The notes under the pieces: model-generated | Seen by the model: the letters and a program-made list of their open reading frames with translations, nothing else | Told to the model about the DNA's origin: nothing | Databases searched by the model: none | Made by a program: the position numbers and the translations under genes | NCBI GenBank assembly: GCA_011605725.1 | Contig: JAAOZP010000012.1 | Coordinates: forward strand, 216,821-280,820 | DNA: 64,000 bases | From: Nitrososphaerota archaeon | GTDB lineage: Archaea; Thermoproteota; EX4484-205; JAAOZP01 | Reading direction: 5' to 3' | In this document: in pieces, positions 18,351 to 27,185 of the stretch | Layout of the letters: each line of letters starts with the position of its first letter | Numbering within the stretch: position 1 is the first letter of the stretch

Positions 18351-21345
18351 CTGTTGTCTCAACCTCCACAAACTTCTTCGGAGAAGTTAGGAAAACGAAG
18401 TATCCGAAACCTTTCTCTATTTGGAAGTTTTTCGGTTTGGGGGCACTGGGCACATAACTTTCATATCTTTGGCTTGTCGAATTCCATCTGTCTATGTGAT
18501 TTACCACGTTAATCCCTATGGCTTCTGCCATATCCTTAGCGGAATATCCGGATGGAGGGTTGAAAATGAGGGCAATTAAATTATAATATTTCACTAGATC
18601 CCTCACATAAAACCTCACTAGGAGCCAATCGCTCGTTCCCTTAGTATCGTTAGTCCTTATGTAAATTTTATGGCATCCATCAGCATAGGTTGAACCGTTG
18701 AAGCTTATTCTGATGAACTCTATGCTTGAATCCCAAGAGCCGTCTATAGGATAAGGTATCACAACTGAGGAGTTAACGTCGTCAACCGCGTATCTTGCAC
18801 CAGTAATATTGTTGGGAGAAATTATTTTAACTGTTAGGTTAACTATGCCTGCTCGAACAGTACTGTTTAAAAGTATTAACGTTAAGTTTGCAACCTCGAC
18901 GGTGAAGTTGGCTGTTATCGCGCCTGGTCCGTTTATAGTAGCCATGGTATTCGGCGAATTGGGATTGGCTATTGTTATCTTCGGAGTACTGGAGAACCAG
19001 TTCCTGAAAACGCAGCCGAGACTAGGGGTGGCGGATATTTGGATTGTTAAACTCTCGTTATACCAACCTGATCCGGAGGGGGTTACAATGCCGTAGCCTG
19101 GCGGCTTAACGTCGAAGGTTACATTATACTGTTTTTTAAAGAAGGCTGCTACAGTGGTATTGTAGCTTGGAACAATATAGTTATGACTCTGTGCTCCGCC
19201 GCTGCTCCAACCATACCAAGCATACCTTGTCCAGTCATCTAAGTAGAATGGGGAAATCGCCTCTAACAGATGGATTGAGCCTGCTTCCCAGATGAATTTA
19301 GCGGGCGTCGTAACAGGCTGACCATCAACCTTGACCAAGCTCGATCCTTGAGGATTAGAGTCGATCGTGACTTCCGACATAGCGTTGAACAACGATACAC
19401 TCGGATCACCGTAAAGATTGAAGTCGAACAGATTCATCCACCAGACAGCATCGTTACTGGGAAGCAGGCTCTTAGCCTCATAGAGAGCAACCCCAGTACT
19501 AAGCCTATTCTTTAACAGTTTCTCGACATAGCGATAACCTATTTCAACATTATCTGCAAGCATCCTTGGCCTCCAGTATCCAACTATGTACCAGCTTACT
19601 CTCGAGGATGAAACTGTTGCTATTGCACCATTTTTAAGCAGAGAATAGCCAACGTTATTCCTGTCCTCTGGATACCCGTTGTTACAGGAGCATTGGAATG
19701 TGAGTGAAGGAGCTGAATCGTTAAGGCCAGGAGTATCAGAAGAGCTTAAAAACGATACCCAACTCATCTCGCTAGACTCCGGCACACCGTCACCATCGTC
19801 AAAACCCCAATATTTTCTATAGGTCCCTTGAGAGCTTCCGTGGCCAAACCAGAATACCACCCCATAACCCTTCTTCCACTCGTTAGCAACATTATCCCTT
19901 GTCAACGGTGCGGAGTAGTAGGGTGCAGTCTCAGGCACCGGGTCTCGACCAGCCCTTTCGTAAAGCACGTAGTGTGACCAGCCTGAGGGGAGAATGTTCT
20001 CAACTATGTATTTCGGCAGGTCTAATCCGTCAGTTCTTGGCCAGCCGGAATTGTCTTCATTCGCATAGTTGCTTATGGCTACTGGAAGCATTACCCTGTT
20101 TCTCCAATCTGTCCCTGAAAACACGTAATACATCGTCTTTCGAAGAATCCTATCTAGCGTAGCGTAATCGTTATCATAAACAGGTATTCTTCCCACATAC
20201 ACTTCCGGGGTGAAGTCTACTCCAGTATCTTGACCATACTCCCCGTAATAATTATCTCCATCAGTATTCCAGTTTCCAGTAAGGTCAGCGTAGAAATAGT
20301 CTGTAGGAGCTTCATTATAACCCTGAATCCCCGGCCAGCACATCATCATTGGAACATCGCCGTACGAGTCATATGGATCGCTCGGATCATCAGGATCAGG
20401 ATTACCTATGAGAAGAACATATGTAAACCCCAGTGTTAGATAATTATTCTTCAGCCAGTCCCTTATTTTTACTGCCCTCTGCTGGCCTGATGCCGACCCG
20501 TAATCATCTTCCGTAACCATTTTAACCTTGAAACCCTTAATACTCTGAAGATGGTTCACGAAATTGTTTAGCTCCCTGCTTCCCGTTTTTATAGCGTTTG
20601 TGGTGATTATAATATAATCGTATTGTGAGCCCAATGTTTGAAAAGACTGGGAATACCACTCTTTAGCATTGTTCCAGTTTACAAATTGTTTCTCAGCAAT
20701 TTTCTCAACCATCGTGTTTTTAACAATGACTACTCGTCGACCTGTAAGCCGATAGGTGATCTTGAAAGATACGTACCGATGTATCTTAAGCCTGCCTTTT
20801 AACGGGTTATACTGCACGGGGTTATAGTGTATCCTTGCGAAAACATATATTCCTCTGTTAGAAATCTGGAAAACCTCCACAACTTTCTCTGGATAATACT
20901 CCTCCACTTCATATACGAGAAGATTCTTACCATCACGTATCTTCTTGCCGGAACCCCATTCCAATTTTTCACCGCACGCTAAGGGTGGTGCCGGCATTAC
21001 TTCTGCAGTAACGTTAACCTCATAGTTTTCATCTCGTAGAACATCTATAGCCACAGTGCTCGTGTTTACATCTGGTGGAAGTAATACATCTAAAAACTTA
21101 GTAGGAAGCTCCGGGTTGCCGGGTTCCCCAGAACTGTCGAAACCATCAAGCTCAATCATAAGATAACCTTTATAATTGGAAATTTTTGGACTGCCGCAAC
21201 CTATGCTTAATTCTACTTCACCATACTGTGCCCCAGAAACCATTATAGTAGGCATCCACCTTACAGTGAAAACAGCCGAGAAACAGAATTCGATTAAAAT
21301 TAGAGTAGCAAGTAGCCCATTGCCCTCTACACGCCTATCCACCAA
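18337..21345 (-). CDS. Secreted C25-family (gingipain-like) cysteine peptidase with propeptide and C-terminal accessory domains
   Basis: Signal helix; propeptide GEPGNPELP; YIIIT, YVLLIG, TDYFYADL, EVYVGRIP; catalytic FGHGS and CSCNNG; LYGDP. Confidence 0.93.
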   Translation of the reverse strand: MVDRRVEGNGLLATLILIEFCFSAVFTVRWMPTIMVSGAQYGEVELSIGCGSPKISNYKGYLMIELDGFDSSGEPGNPELPTKFLDVLLPPDVNTSTVAIDVLRDENYEVNVTAEVMPAPPLACGEKLEWGSGKKIRDGKNLLVYEVEEYYPEKVVEVFQISNRGIYVFARIHYNPVQYNPLKGRLKIHRYVSFKITYRLTGRRVVIVKNTMVEKIAEKQFVNWNNAKEWYSQSFQTLGSQYDYIIITTNAIKTGSRELNNFVNHLQSIKGFKVKMVTEDDYGSASGQQRAVKIRDWLKNNYLTLGFTYVLLIGNPDPDDPSDPYDSYGDVPMMMCWPGIQGYNEAPTDYFYADLTGNWNTDGDNYYGEYGQDTGVDFTPEVYVGRIPVYDNDYATLDRILRKTMYYVFSGTDWRNRVMLPVAISNYANEDNSGWPRTDGLDLPKYIVENILPSGWSHYVLYERAGRDPVPETAPYYSAPLTRDNVANEWKKGYGVVFWFGHGSSQGTYRKYWGFDDGDGVPESSEMSWVSFLSSSDTPGLNDSAPSLTFQCSCNNGYPEDRNNVGYSLLKNGAIATVSSSRVSWYIVGYWRPRMLADNVEIGYRYVEKLLKNRLSTGVALYEAKSLLPSNDAVWWMNLFDFNLYGDPSVSLFNAMSEVTIDSNPQGSSLVKVDGQPVTTPAKFIWEAGSIHLLEAISPFYLDDWTRYAWYGWSSGGAQSHNYIVPSYNTTVAAFFKKQYNVTFDVKPPGYGIVTPSGSGWYNESLTIQISATPSLGCVFRNWFSSTPKITIANPNSPNTMATINGPGAITANFTVEVANLTLILLNSTVRAGIVNLTVKIISPNNITGARYAVDDVNSSVVIPYPIDGSWDSSIEFIRISFNGSTYADGCHKIYIRTNDTKGTSDWLLVRFYVRDLVKYYNLIALIFNPPSGYSAKDMAEAIGINVVNHIDRWNSTSQRYESYVPSAPKPKNFQIEKGFGYFVFLTSPKKFVEVETTDVCR

Positions 21346-21470
21346 TTCCCTTCCGCTTTTTATACCGCTACCAGCCGCATATAAAATTTTTTAATTAATT
21401 TTTTAAAAAGACATATAATTTAATACTAATCATTGAACCTCCTCTGACTAATCATCTGGTTCCCTAAGCA

Positions 21471-21971
21471 TCAATCTTTAGGGATCGAATCGACAATCAG
21501 TCTGGACCCATTAGGAGTTATTCTTTTCTCTCTGAAAAACCCTGCTGGGGCTTCAATAGCATACTTGAAACTCTCATTTGCACCGTAAAGCCTACTTGGA
21601 TCCGGATCCATCTGCATTATCTCTACTATCGTCCCGTCAGCCTTAATGAAAGCTATGTCTAGGCTTGCCTCAACATTACGCATATGGAATAAACTGTTAA
21701 CCTCGTTAGGGAAAACGAATAGTATGAGAGTCTTCTCCACAATGCTTCTGCTAATGTTCTGGAAGCCTGCTGCACGTTCATCCGGCTCATCCGCAACCTT
21801 AACCTCAAGCTCAAGAATCTGACCCTCGTCGTTAACAACCTTGATCCTTGCAGTACTCATTTTTTGAAACTCCTTGGTAACCCTTAAACCCTCATTATTG
21901 AAGAATATGAAAAAACAGAGTAAAACTGGAGCGGAAACCAGCAGGATTATGAGAATCTTTCCTCGTCCCAA
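21471..21971 (-). CDS. DUF192-domain exported protein
   Basis: N-terminal TM; VKVADEPDERAAG, LFVF, FHMRNV...LDIAFI and AIEAPAG motifs. Confidence 0.9.
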   Translation of the reverse strand: MGRGKILIILLVSAPVLLCFFIFFNNEGLRVTKEFQKMSTARIKVVNDEGQILELEVKVADEPDERAAGFQNISRSIVEKTLILFVFPNEVNSLFHMRNVEASLDIAFIKADGTIVEIMQMDPDPSRLYGANESFKYAIEAPAGFFREKRITPNGSRLIVDSIPKD

Positions 21972-22051
21972 GCTCTCCTATACTGTTTGAGGCGGCTGAA
22001 AAAGCTTTAGCACCTCTTTAACCAGAAGCCTAAAACTGTTTTTCAAGGAAT

Positions 22052-23314
22052 TCACCCTATCGGATTGCAAATCCTTCCAATGAAGAGAATAGCTCCTGTC
22101 TCCTTATCTTGAATTATGAAAATGAAGGGGCGGTCTGCCCTAAAGACCTTAGTCTCCGGTATAGCGGTTAGCCTCATGACTACAGCTGTTGCGGCTGCCA
22201 CTTCAGTTCCCTTCTCATCAACTTTAACATAGGCTTGGTGAACAACCTGGCTGATAAACAAGTCTCTTCCTCCAGTTATTCCTGAGAAGTCGGCTTCCCC
22301 GGTGAACGCAGTGGGCATACCCAGGCTGCTTAAAGTCTCTCGCATAAAATATTTGGTTTCAACCTCGAATTTCGGCAAGCAGATCTCGTCCAGCCTCTCC
22401 TCCCTCATTTGAGCCTTATACTCTTCAAGCTTCTCCGGCGTTAACGATGCTTCTGCAGACTTAATGTTTTCCGGCAGTATTATCAGCATCGAGACATTCT
22501 CACCCTTGTACGGCAGCTCTAAGATTTGCAAATTCCCAGTATCAACGTAGTTGAACCTTACTGTTTCATTTGGACGCATATGCATCATTTGAACCTTTAC
22601 GCTTACATTAGGAGCCACCCAGAAATCCTCTTCCACGGTTAGGGATTCGTTGAACGCTATCTTCCAATCGCCTTTGAAGTAGATAGCATTGGTCAGAACA
22701 AGTCGCGTAAGCTCGTCGAGAACACCAGGAGGGATCAAGTCTTTAATCTTATGATTCGTCTGCTCCTCTATGAAGACGTTGATTGTTTCACGCGATTTTT
22801 CAGATTCATGAATAAAGTCTAAGGTTGCAGCCTTCCCACCGTAATATTTTTCAACTGTATCCAAATATTCCTCGAGAAAAGAATAGTCCTTCTGAATCCA
22901 GAGCGCGTTTCCAGTCCTCAACTCATATTCTTCAGCAGCCCTATTAATACGGTTATAGAGCGCTGCGAAGTTCGGCCTTAACACACTGCTTTCCGGGAAG
23001 TTGAACACGTTTTCCATCTCCTCCGCGGTTTTTCCCCTCGCACCCTCGTACGTCATTGCCAGAGCAGAGAAGATGCTGTAAGGAGAGCAGATAACATTAC
23101 CTGTTTCGGTTTTAACTAACTCAGAATAAAGCTTGAAGGCAAATTGATTATTAGCCCTAACGACCTCCAGAATCCCCTGCGGCGTTGAACCAGCCTCGTT
23201 TGCCTGCGGAGGTCGAGTTGGAGAATACGGGTAGGGGAAGAACATTGCTGCGAGCGGAACCATAGTAATAATTAGGAGCACTACCCCAATCATCCGTAAT
23301 CTTCGTCTGTCCAT
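22052..23314 (-). CDS. Serpin with N-terminal signal/membrane anchor
   Basis: NNQFAFKLY, SPYSI..AL, GARGKT, NAIYFKGDW, LPKF, VDEKGTE hinge and FRADRPFIF signature. Confidence 0.97.
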   Translation of the reverse strand: MDRRRLRMIGVVLLIITMVPLAAMFFPYPYSPTRPPQANEAGSTPQGILEVVRANNQFAFKLYSELVKTETGNVICSPYSIFSALAMTYEGARGKTAEEMENVFNFPESSVLRPNFAALYNRINRAAEEYELRTGNALWIQKDYSFLEEYLDTVEKYYGGKAATLDFIHESEKSRETINVFIEEQTNHKIKDLIPPGVLDELTRLVLTNAIYFKGDWKIAFNESLTVEEDFWVAPNVSVKVQMMHMRPNETVRFNYVDTGNLQILELPYKGENVSMLIILPENIKSAEASLTPEKLEEYKAQMREERLDEICLPKFEVETKYFMRETLSSLGMPTAFTGEADFSGITGGRDLFISQVVHQAYVKVDEKGTEVAAATAVVMRLTAIPETKVFRADRPFIFIIQDKETGAILFIGRICNPIG

Positions 23315-23454
23315 TACTGAGGAAAACTCTTGACGAGATTAGTTAAACATTGTGTTGTTCGACTTTTTAGAAAAGACATCTTAAGGAAAGAGCATGCTGT
23401 ACAGTTTTTCGAACAGTTGTTTCAGAATATGAGAAACAAGAAAAATAACTTCTA

Positions 23455-24606
23455 TTAGAACGAGACCTCTATCTTTCTACCTGTTTCAGCTGACTTCAAT
23501 ATGGCGTCCATGATCACATTGTTTCTATACCCGTCTTCGAAAGTAGCTCCTAGTGGGGCAATATCCTCATCCTTAACAACCGCCTTGATGAAGTGGTATA
23601 TTTCATTTATGAAGGTATGCTCCCATCCTATTATGTGTCCAGACGGCCAGTATCTTTCTATGTAGGGCTGAGTCTTCTCAGTAACCAGAATAGTGTTCCA
23701 GCCGCCTATCGCCTTACCCTCCCATTCTTTCAGGTACAGTTTCAACTCGTTCAGCCGCTCCAAGTTGAACTCTATAGAACCCTTCTCCCCATTAATCTCG
23801 AAGTTGTTATAGTTCTTCCTACCAGTTGCGAACCTGGATGCTTCAAGAGTGCCTATTGCCCCATTATCAAGCTCTATAACAGCTTCAAACGCATCGTCAA
23901 CCGTTACCCTACCCTTCCTGCTAGGATCCTCAGGCAAAGGCCTCTCCTCGATGAACGTCTTAACCATGCCCATTACTGATTTAAACTCTCCTACGATAAA
24001 CCTTCCAAGGTCTATAATATGGCTCCCAAGATCGCCTAAAGGACCGCTTCCAGCCTCCTCCTTCTTAAGCCTCCAAACCAACGGGAAGTTCGGGTCAACA
24101 ATCCAGTCTTGAAGATACCTAGCCCTGAAATGGTATATTCTGCCAAGCAAGCCTGATTTAACTATATTTCTGGCAAGTTGAACCGCTGGGACAAACCTAT
24201 AGTTGAAAGCAACCATGGTTTTAACCCTAGCCCTCTTCGCAGCATCTCTTAGAATCCTCGCCTCTTCAGCATTTCTAGCGAGAGGCTTCTCACATAACAC
24301 ATGCTTACCCTTCTCGATAGCCTCAACCGTCGGCTCCACATGCATGTTGTTCGGAAGACAGTTATCGACCACCTCTATCTCAGGGTCTCCAACAGCTTTC
24401 CTCCAATCAGTAACGTACCTTCTAAATCCATAGTTTATAGCAGCCTCCTTAACTTTTTCCTCAGTCCTACCATATATCACAACCAAGTCAGGTATGGCTG
24501 GCGGAGGATAGAAGAAGTGAGGCATGCTTTTGAAACCATGAGAATGCGCCTTACCCATAAACGCATAACCCAGTAACGCCACCCCTATTTTGCGAGCAGC
24601 ACTCAT
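23455..24606 (-). CDS. Gfo/Idh/MocA oxidoreductase (levoglucosan/inositol dehydrogenase-like)
   Basis: GYAFMGKAH, CEKPLA, FNYR, YLQDW, DLGSHIID and GHIIGWEH motifs. Start placed at MSAARK (24606); ORF track extends to 24747. Confidence 0.93.
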   Translation of the reverse strand: MSAARKIGVALLGYAFMGKAHSHGFKSMPHFFYPPPAIPDLVVIYGRTEEKVKEAAINYGFRRYVTDWRKAVGDPEIEVVDNCLPNNMHVEPTVEAIEKGKHVLCEKPLARNAEEARILRDAAKRARVKTMVAFNYRFVPAVQLARNIVKSGLLGRIYHFRARYLQDWIVDPNFPLVWRLKKEEAGSGPLGDLGSHIIDLGRFIVGEFKSVMGMVKTFIEERPLPEDPSRKGRVTVDDAFEAVIELDNGAIGTLEASRFATGRKNYNNFEINGEKGSIEFNLERLNELKLYLKEWEGKAIGGWNTILVTEKTQPYIERYWPSGHIIGWEHTFINEIYHFIKAVVKDEDIAPLGATFEDGYRNNVIMDAILKSAETGRKIEVSF

Positions 24607-24732
24607 TTTTACATCATTTTTATTGAACAGAGACCTATAATTTAAGTGTTGTGGAAGTTTCTGGAACCCTATAGGAATGGATCCCTCCAGCAACATAGGA
24701 AAGTTAAGAAAAGCATAAAAGAAGTCTAAGGA

Positions 24733-25017
24733 AAATTCGCTCCTCACCCATTTTTTCCCCGGTCTTCGACCATTTGCTTAACCTCGCTTAAGCTCCCCTT
24801 CAATATAAATCTTCAGCGGAACGTTCTTGGCCTCGTGCAGCTCTATCGCAAGCCTCACATAGTCCTTAGCCCCTTCTCCCGTGAGACCTTTTCCTATGAA
24901 AAGACGTATCCCGATCTTCTTGCCATGCGATCTATGATAATATGATAATCCACATATGTGAAGAAATCCTCTATCTGCCCTAAATCTATCCCTAATCAGC
25001 TTGAAATTCGCTCCTCA
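24733..25017. repeat. 14-bp direct repeat AAATTCGCTCCTCA (24733-24746 and 25004-25017) flanking a gene remnant
   Basis: Identical 14-mers seen directly. Between them a minus-strand broken frame reads KKIGIRLFIGKGLTGEGAKDYVRLAIELHEAKNVPLKIYIEG. Confidence 0.6.
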
Positions 25018-25375
25018 TAAGGATTGGATGAATCTAATCATTGAGATACCACTAGAAACCACATTTCAGCATCATACTTTCCATGGATCCCGGCTACCGT
25101 AGCGACGGCAAGGCATGTCGTGCTCGAGAAACGTTTAATGCGAAGACTAAGGCAGGTTTAATCGAGTATGCACTGAAGGTTTTAACACGCATCCTCCGAT
25201 AACAATATGGAATAAAGGGTGAAGATGTTGAATAAAAACTCCAACGAGACGAAATTAGATAGCATCAAAACTTCTGCGGTAGTGGATATAGCACGCACAC
25301 TATTACTTAGCTAAGACTCTTTCTTCCGGTTTGAAAAGCTTAGGCTTCTTTATGATTTTTATAAACTGTTCTCGA

Positions 25376-25385
25376 AGCGCGCGCT
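25376..25385. repeat. Perfect palindrome AGCGCGCGCT
   Basis: Seen directly; upstream of the DUF3467-like gene. A decayed copy, AGCACGCACACT, lies at 25290-25301. Confidence 0.92.
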
Positions 25386-25477
25386 CTCACTTCTCTATGG
25401 CTTCTAGTATTATAACGTTCCCTGTAAGAATACGGATTATTGAAAATTCTTATAAGCCTCAATATTGTCGGATATAA

Positions 25478-25816
25478 GTGACGATGACCGAGATAAGAAT
25501 ACCGGTTAAGATTAAGTATGCTGAAGACTTCAGGAGAATATATGCGACAGGGGCTCTGGGCGGTTTTAATGGCTTCGACTTCAGGGTATCTTTCTTCAAC
25601 GATATTGTGAACCATCCTGAGGAGCCGACTCAACCCCCTACTGTTACGAGGGAGATTAAGGTTGAGGTAATCCTTACGCCAGTTGCGTTAAAACAGCTTA
25701 CTAAATGGTTGAATCAACACTTGAATGAGCTGGAGAAAATTATTGGAGAGATTAAGGATCAGTATCCACCTCAACCAAGCCAGCGTAGAGAGCCTCACTC
25801 AGGCTATTACGTTTAA
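25478..25816 (+). CDS. DUF3467-like small protein
   Basis: IYATGALGG...DFRVSF...VEVILTPVALKQL..WL pattern. Confidence 0.7.
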   Translation: MTMTEIRIPVKIKYAEDFRRIYATGALGGFNGFDFRVSFFNDIVNHPEEPTQPPTVTREIKVEVILTPVALKQLTKWLNQHLNELEKIIGEIKDQYPPQPSQRREPHSGYYV

Positions 25817-25829
25817 AGATAACGATGGA

Positions 25830-27176
25830 ATGGTAAAGATGAACGTTAATACAGCTAAACATGAAGGTGTCAGGCTTGGTATTCTAGGTGGCGGGCTCTC
25901 CGGAATGGCTTATGCCTACTTTTCCTCCCGAATTGGTTTCAACACTACTGTGCTGGAAAAAAACGTTGCTCCCGGTGGTTTGATGAGGAGCATTTTTGAG
26001 GAGGGGTTTACTTTCGACACTGGCGGTTCACACGTAATTTTCTCAAAAGACACTGATGTTCTAAGCTTTATGCTTAGCCTTTTAGGAAATAACAGGGTTG
26101 AGAACAAGAGGAATACTGCAATACTCTACAAAGGCAGGCTTGTAAAATATCCTTTTGAAAACGGCTTATCTGACTTACCGTTTCTGGAAAACCTTTCGTG
26201 TCTCCTGCATTTTCTCTATGCCAGGATGTGGAGAAAACGCAACGCTGGAAACCTTAGAGAATTTTTCTACAGTTCTCTGGGAAGAGCTATTTCCGAGAAA
26301 TACCTGATCCCATATAATGAGAAAATCTGGAAGATGAGCATAGATGACATGTCTCTCGGCTTCATAGGCAGAATCCCTAACCCTAGCGTAATGGATGTTG
26401 TCAAGGCTTCTCTTGGGATAGGTTCTGAGGGATACGTTCACCAGCTTTTCTTCCACTACCCTAGAAAGGGAGGGATCCAAGCACTCATAGAATCCTTGAG
26501 AGACAGGGTGCAAGGCGATGTTTTAACAGGCTTCGAGGTGAAGCGTGTCGAAAAAGAATCAGGTGAATGGGTTGTTTCAAACGGTAGTGTAGAGAAGGTT
26601 TTCGACCGAATCGTCTGTACAATTCCTTTACATGATGCTGCCAGAATATTCGATGTTCCCCAGGATGTGAAGAGGGATGTTGAGAGATTAAGGTTCAACT
26701 CTCTTGTGACGGTTGCAATAGGGCTGGAGGAGCTTAACGTTAAGGGTTTAAGCTGGATGTATATTCCTGACAGGGATATTCACCCGCATAGGGTTAGTTT
26801 TCCCTCCAACTTTAGCCCGGAAAACGCTCCTGAAGGCAGGTCGTCCATCCTTGCAGAGATAACTGTCAAGCCTGATGATCCTCTCCTTAAGACTAGTAGC
26901 GATGAGGTTGCGAGCATAGTGGTTGACGAGCTCGATAGGCTTAAGATTCTTTCTAAGGACAAGGTTATCTTTAAGAATGTTTTTCAACACAAGTATGCGT
27001 ATCCTATTCTAGATTCGAATTATCAAGAATGCGTTGAAAGAATAAGAGTCTTCTTTAACAGGATGGGTGTAGAGCTTGTTGGAAGATTTGCAGAGTTCAA
27101 GTATATTAACATGGACGACGCTATAAGAAACGTGGCAAACCATCTGGGCATACAGAGGATAAGCGAATATTCATAG
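25830..27176 (+). CDS. FAD-dependent oxidoreductase (UDP-galactopyranose mutase-like/protoporphyrinogen oxidase-like)
   Basis: ILGGGLSG, PGGLMRS, FDTGGSH, PYNEKIW, YAYP and GRFAEFKYINMD motifs. Start placed at ATG 25830; ORF track starts at 25725. Confidence 0.85.
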   Translation: MVKMNVNTAKHEGVRLGILGGGLSGMAYAYFSSRIGFNTTVLEKNVAPGGLMRSIFEEGFTFDTGGSHVIFSKDTDVLSFMLSLLGNNRVENKRNTAILYKGRLVKYPFENGLSDLPFLENLSCLLHFLYARMWRKRNAGNLREFFYSSLGRAISEKYLIPYNEKIWKMSIDDMSLGFIGRIPNPSVMDVVKASLGIGSEGYVHQLFFHYPRKGGIQALIESLRDRVQGDVLTGFEVKRVEKESGEWVVSNGSVEKVFDRIVCTIPLHDAARIFDVPQDVKRDVERLRFNSLVTVAIGLEELNVKGLSWMYIPDRDIHPHRVSFPSNFSPENAPEGRSSILAEITVKPDDPLLKTSSDEVASIVVDELDRLKILSKDKVIFKNVFQHKYAYPILDSNYQECVERIRVFFNRMGVELVGRFAEFKYINMDDAIRNVANHLGIQRISEYS

Positions 27177-27184
27177 CACGCACT
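27175..27184. repeat. Degenerate palindrome copy AGCACGCACT at a TAG stop
   Basis: Two G>A changes from the consensus; fills nearly the whole spacer between convergent genes. Confidence 0.65.
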
Positions 27185-27185
27185 G

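Noticed and set aside
23391-23398. AGCATGCT (and AACACGCTA at 29424) as further decayed motif copies
   Set aside because: Too short and too divergent to distinguish from chance.
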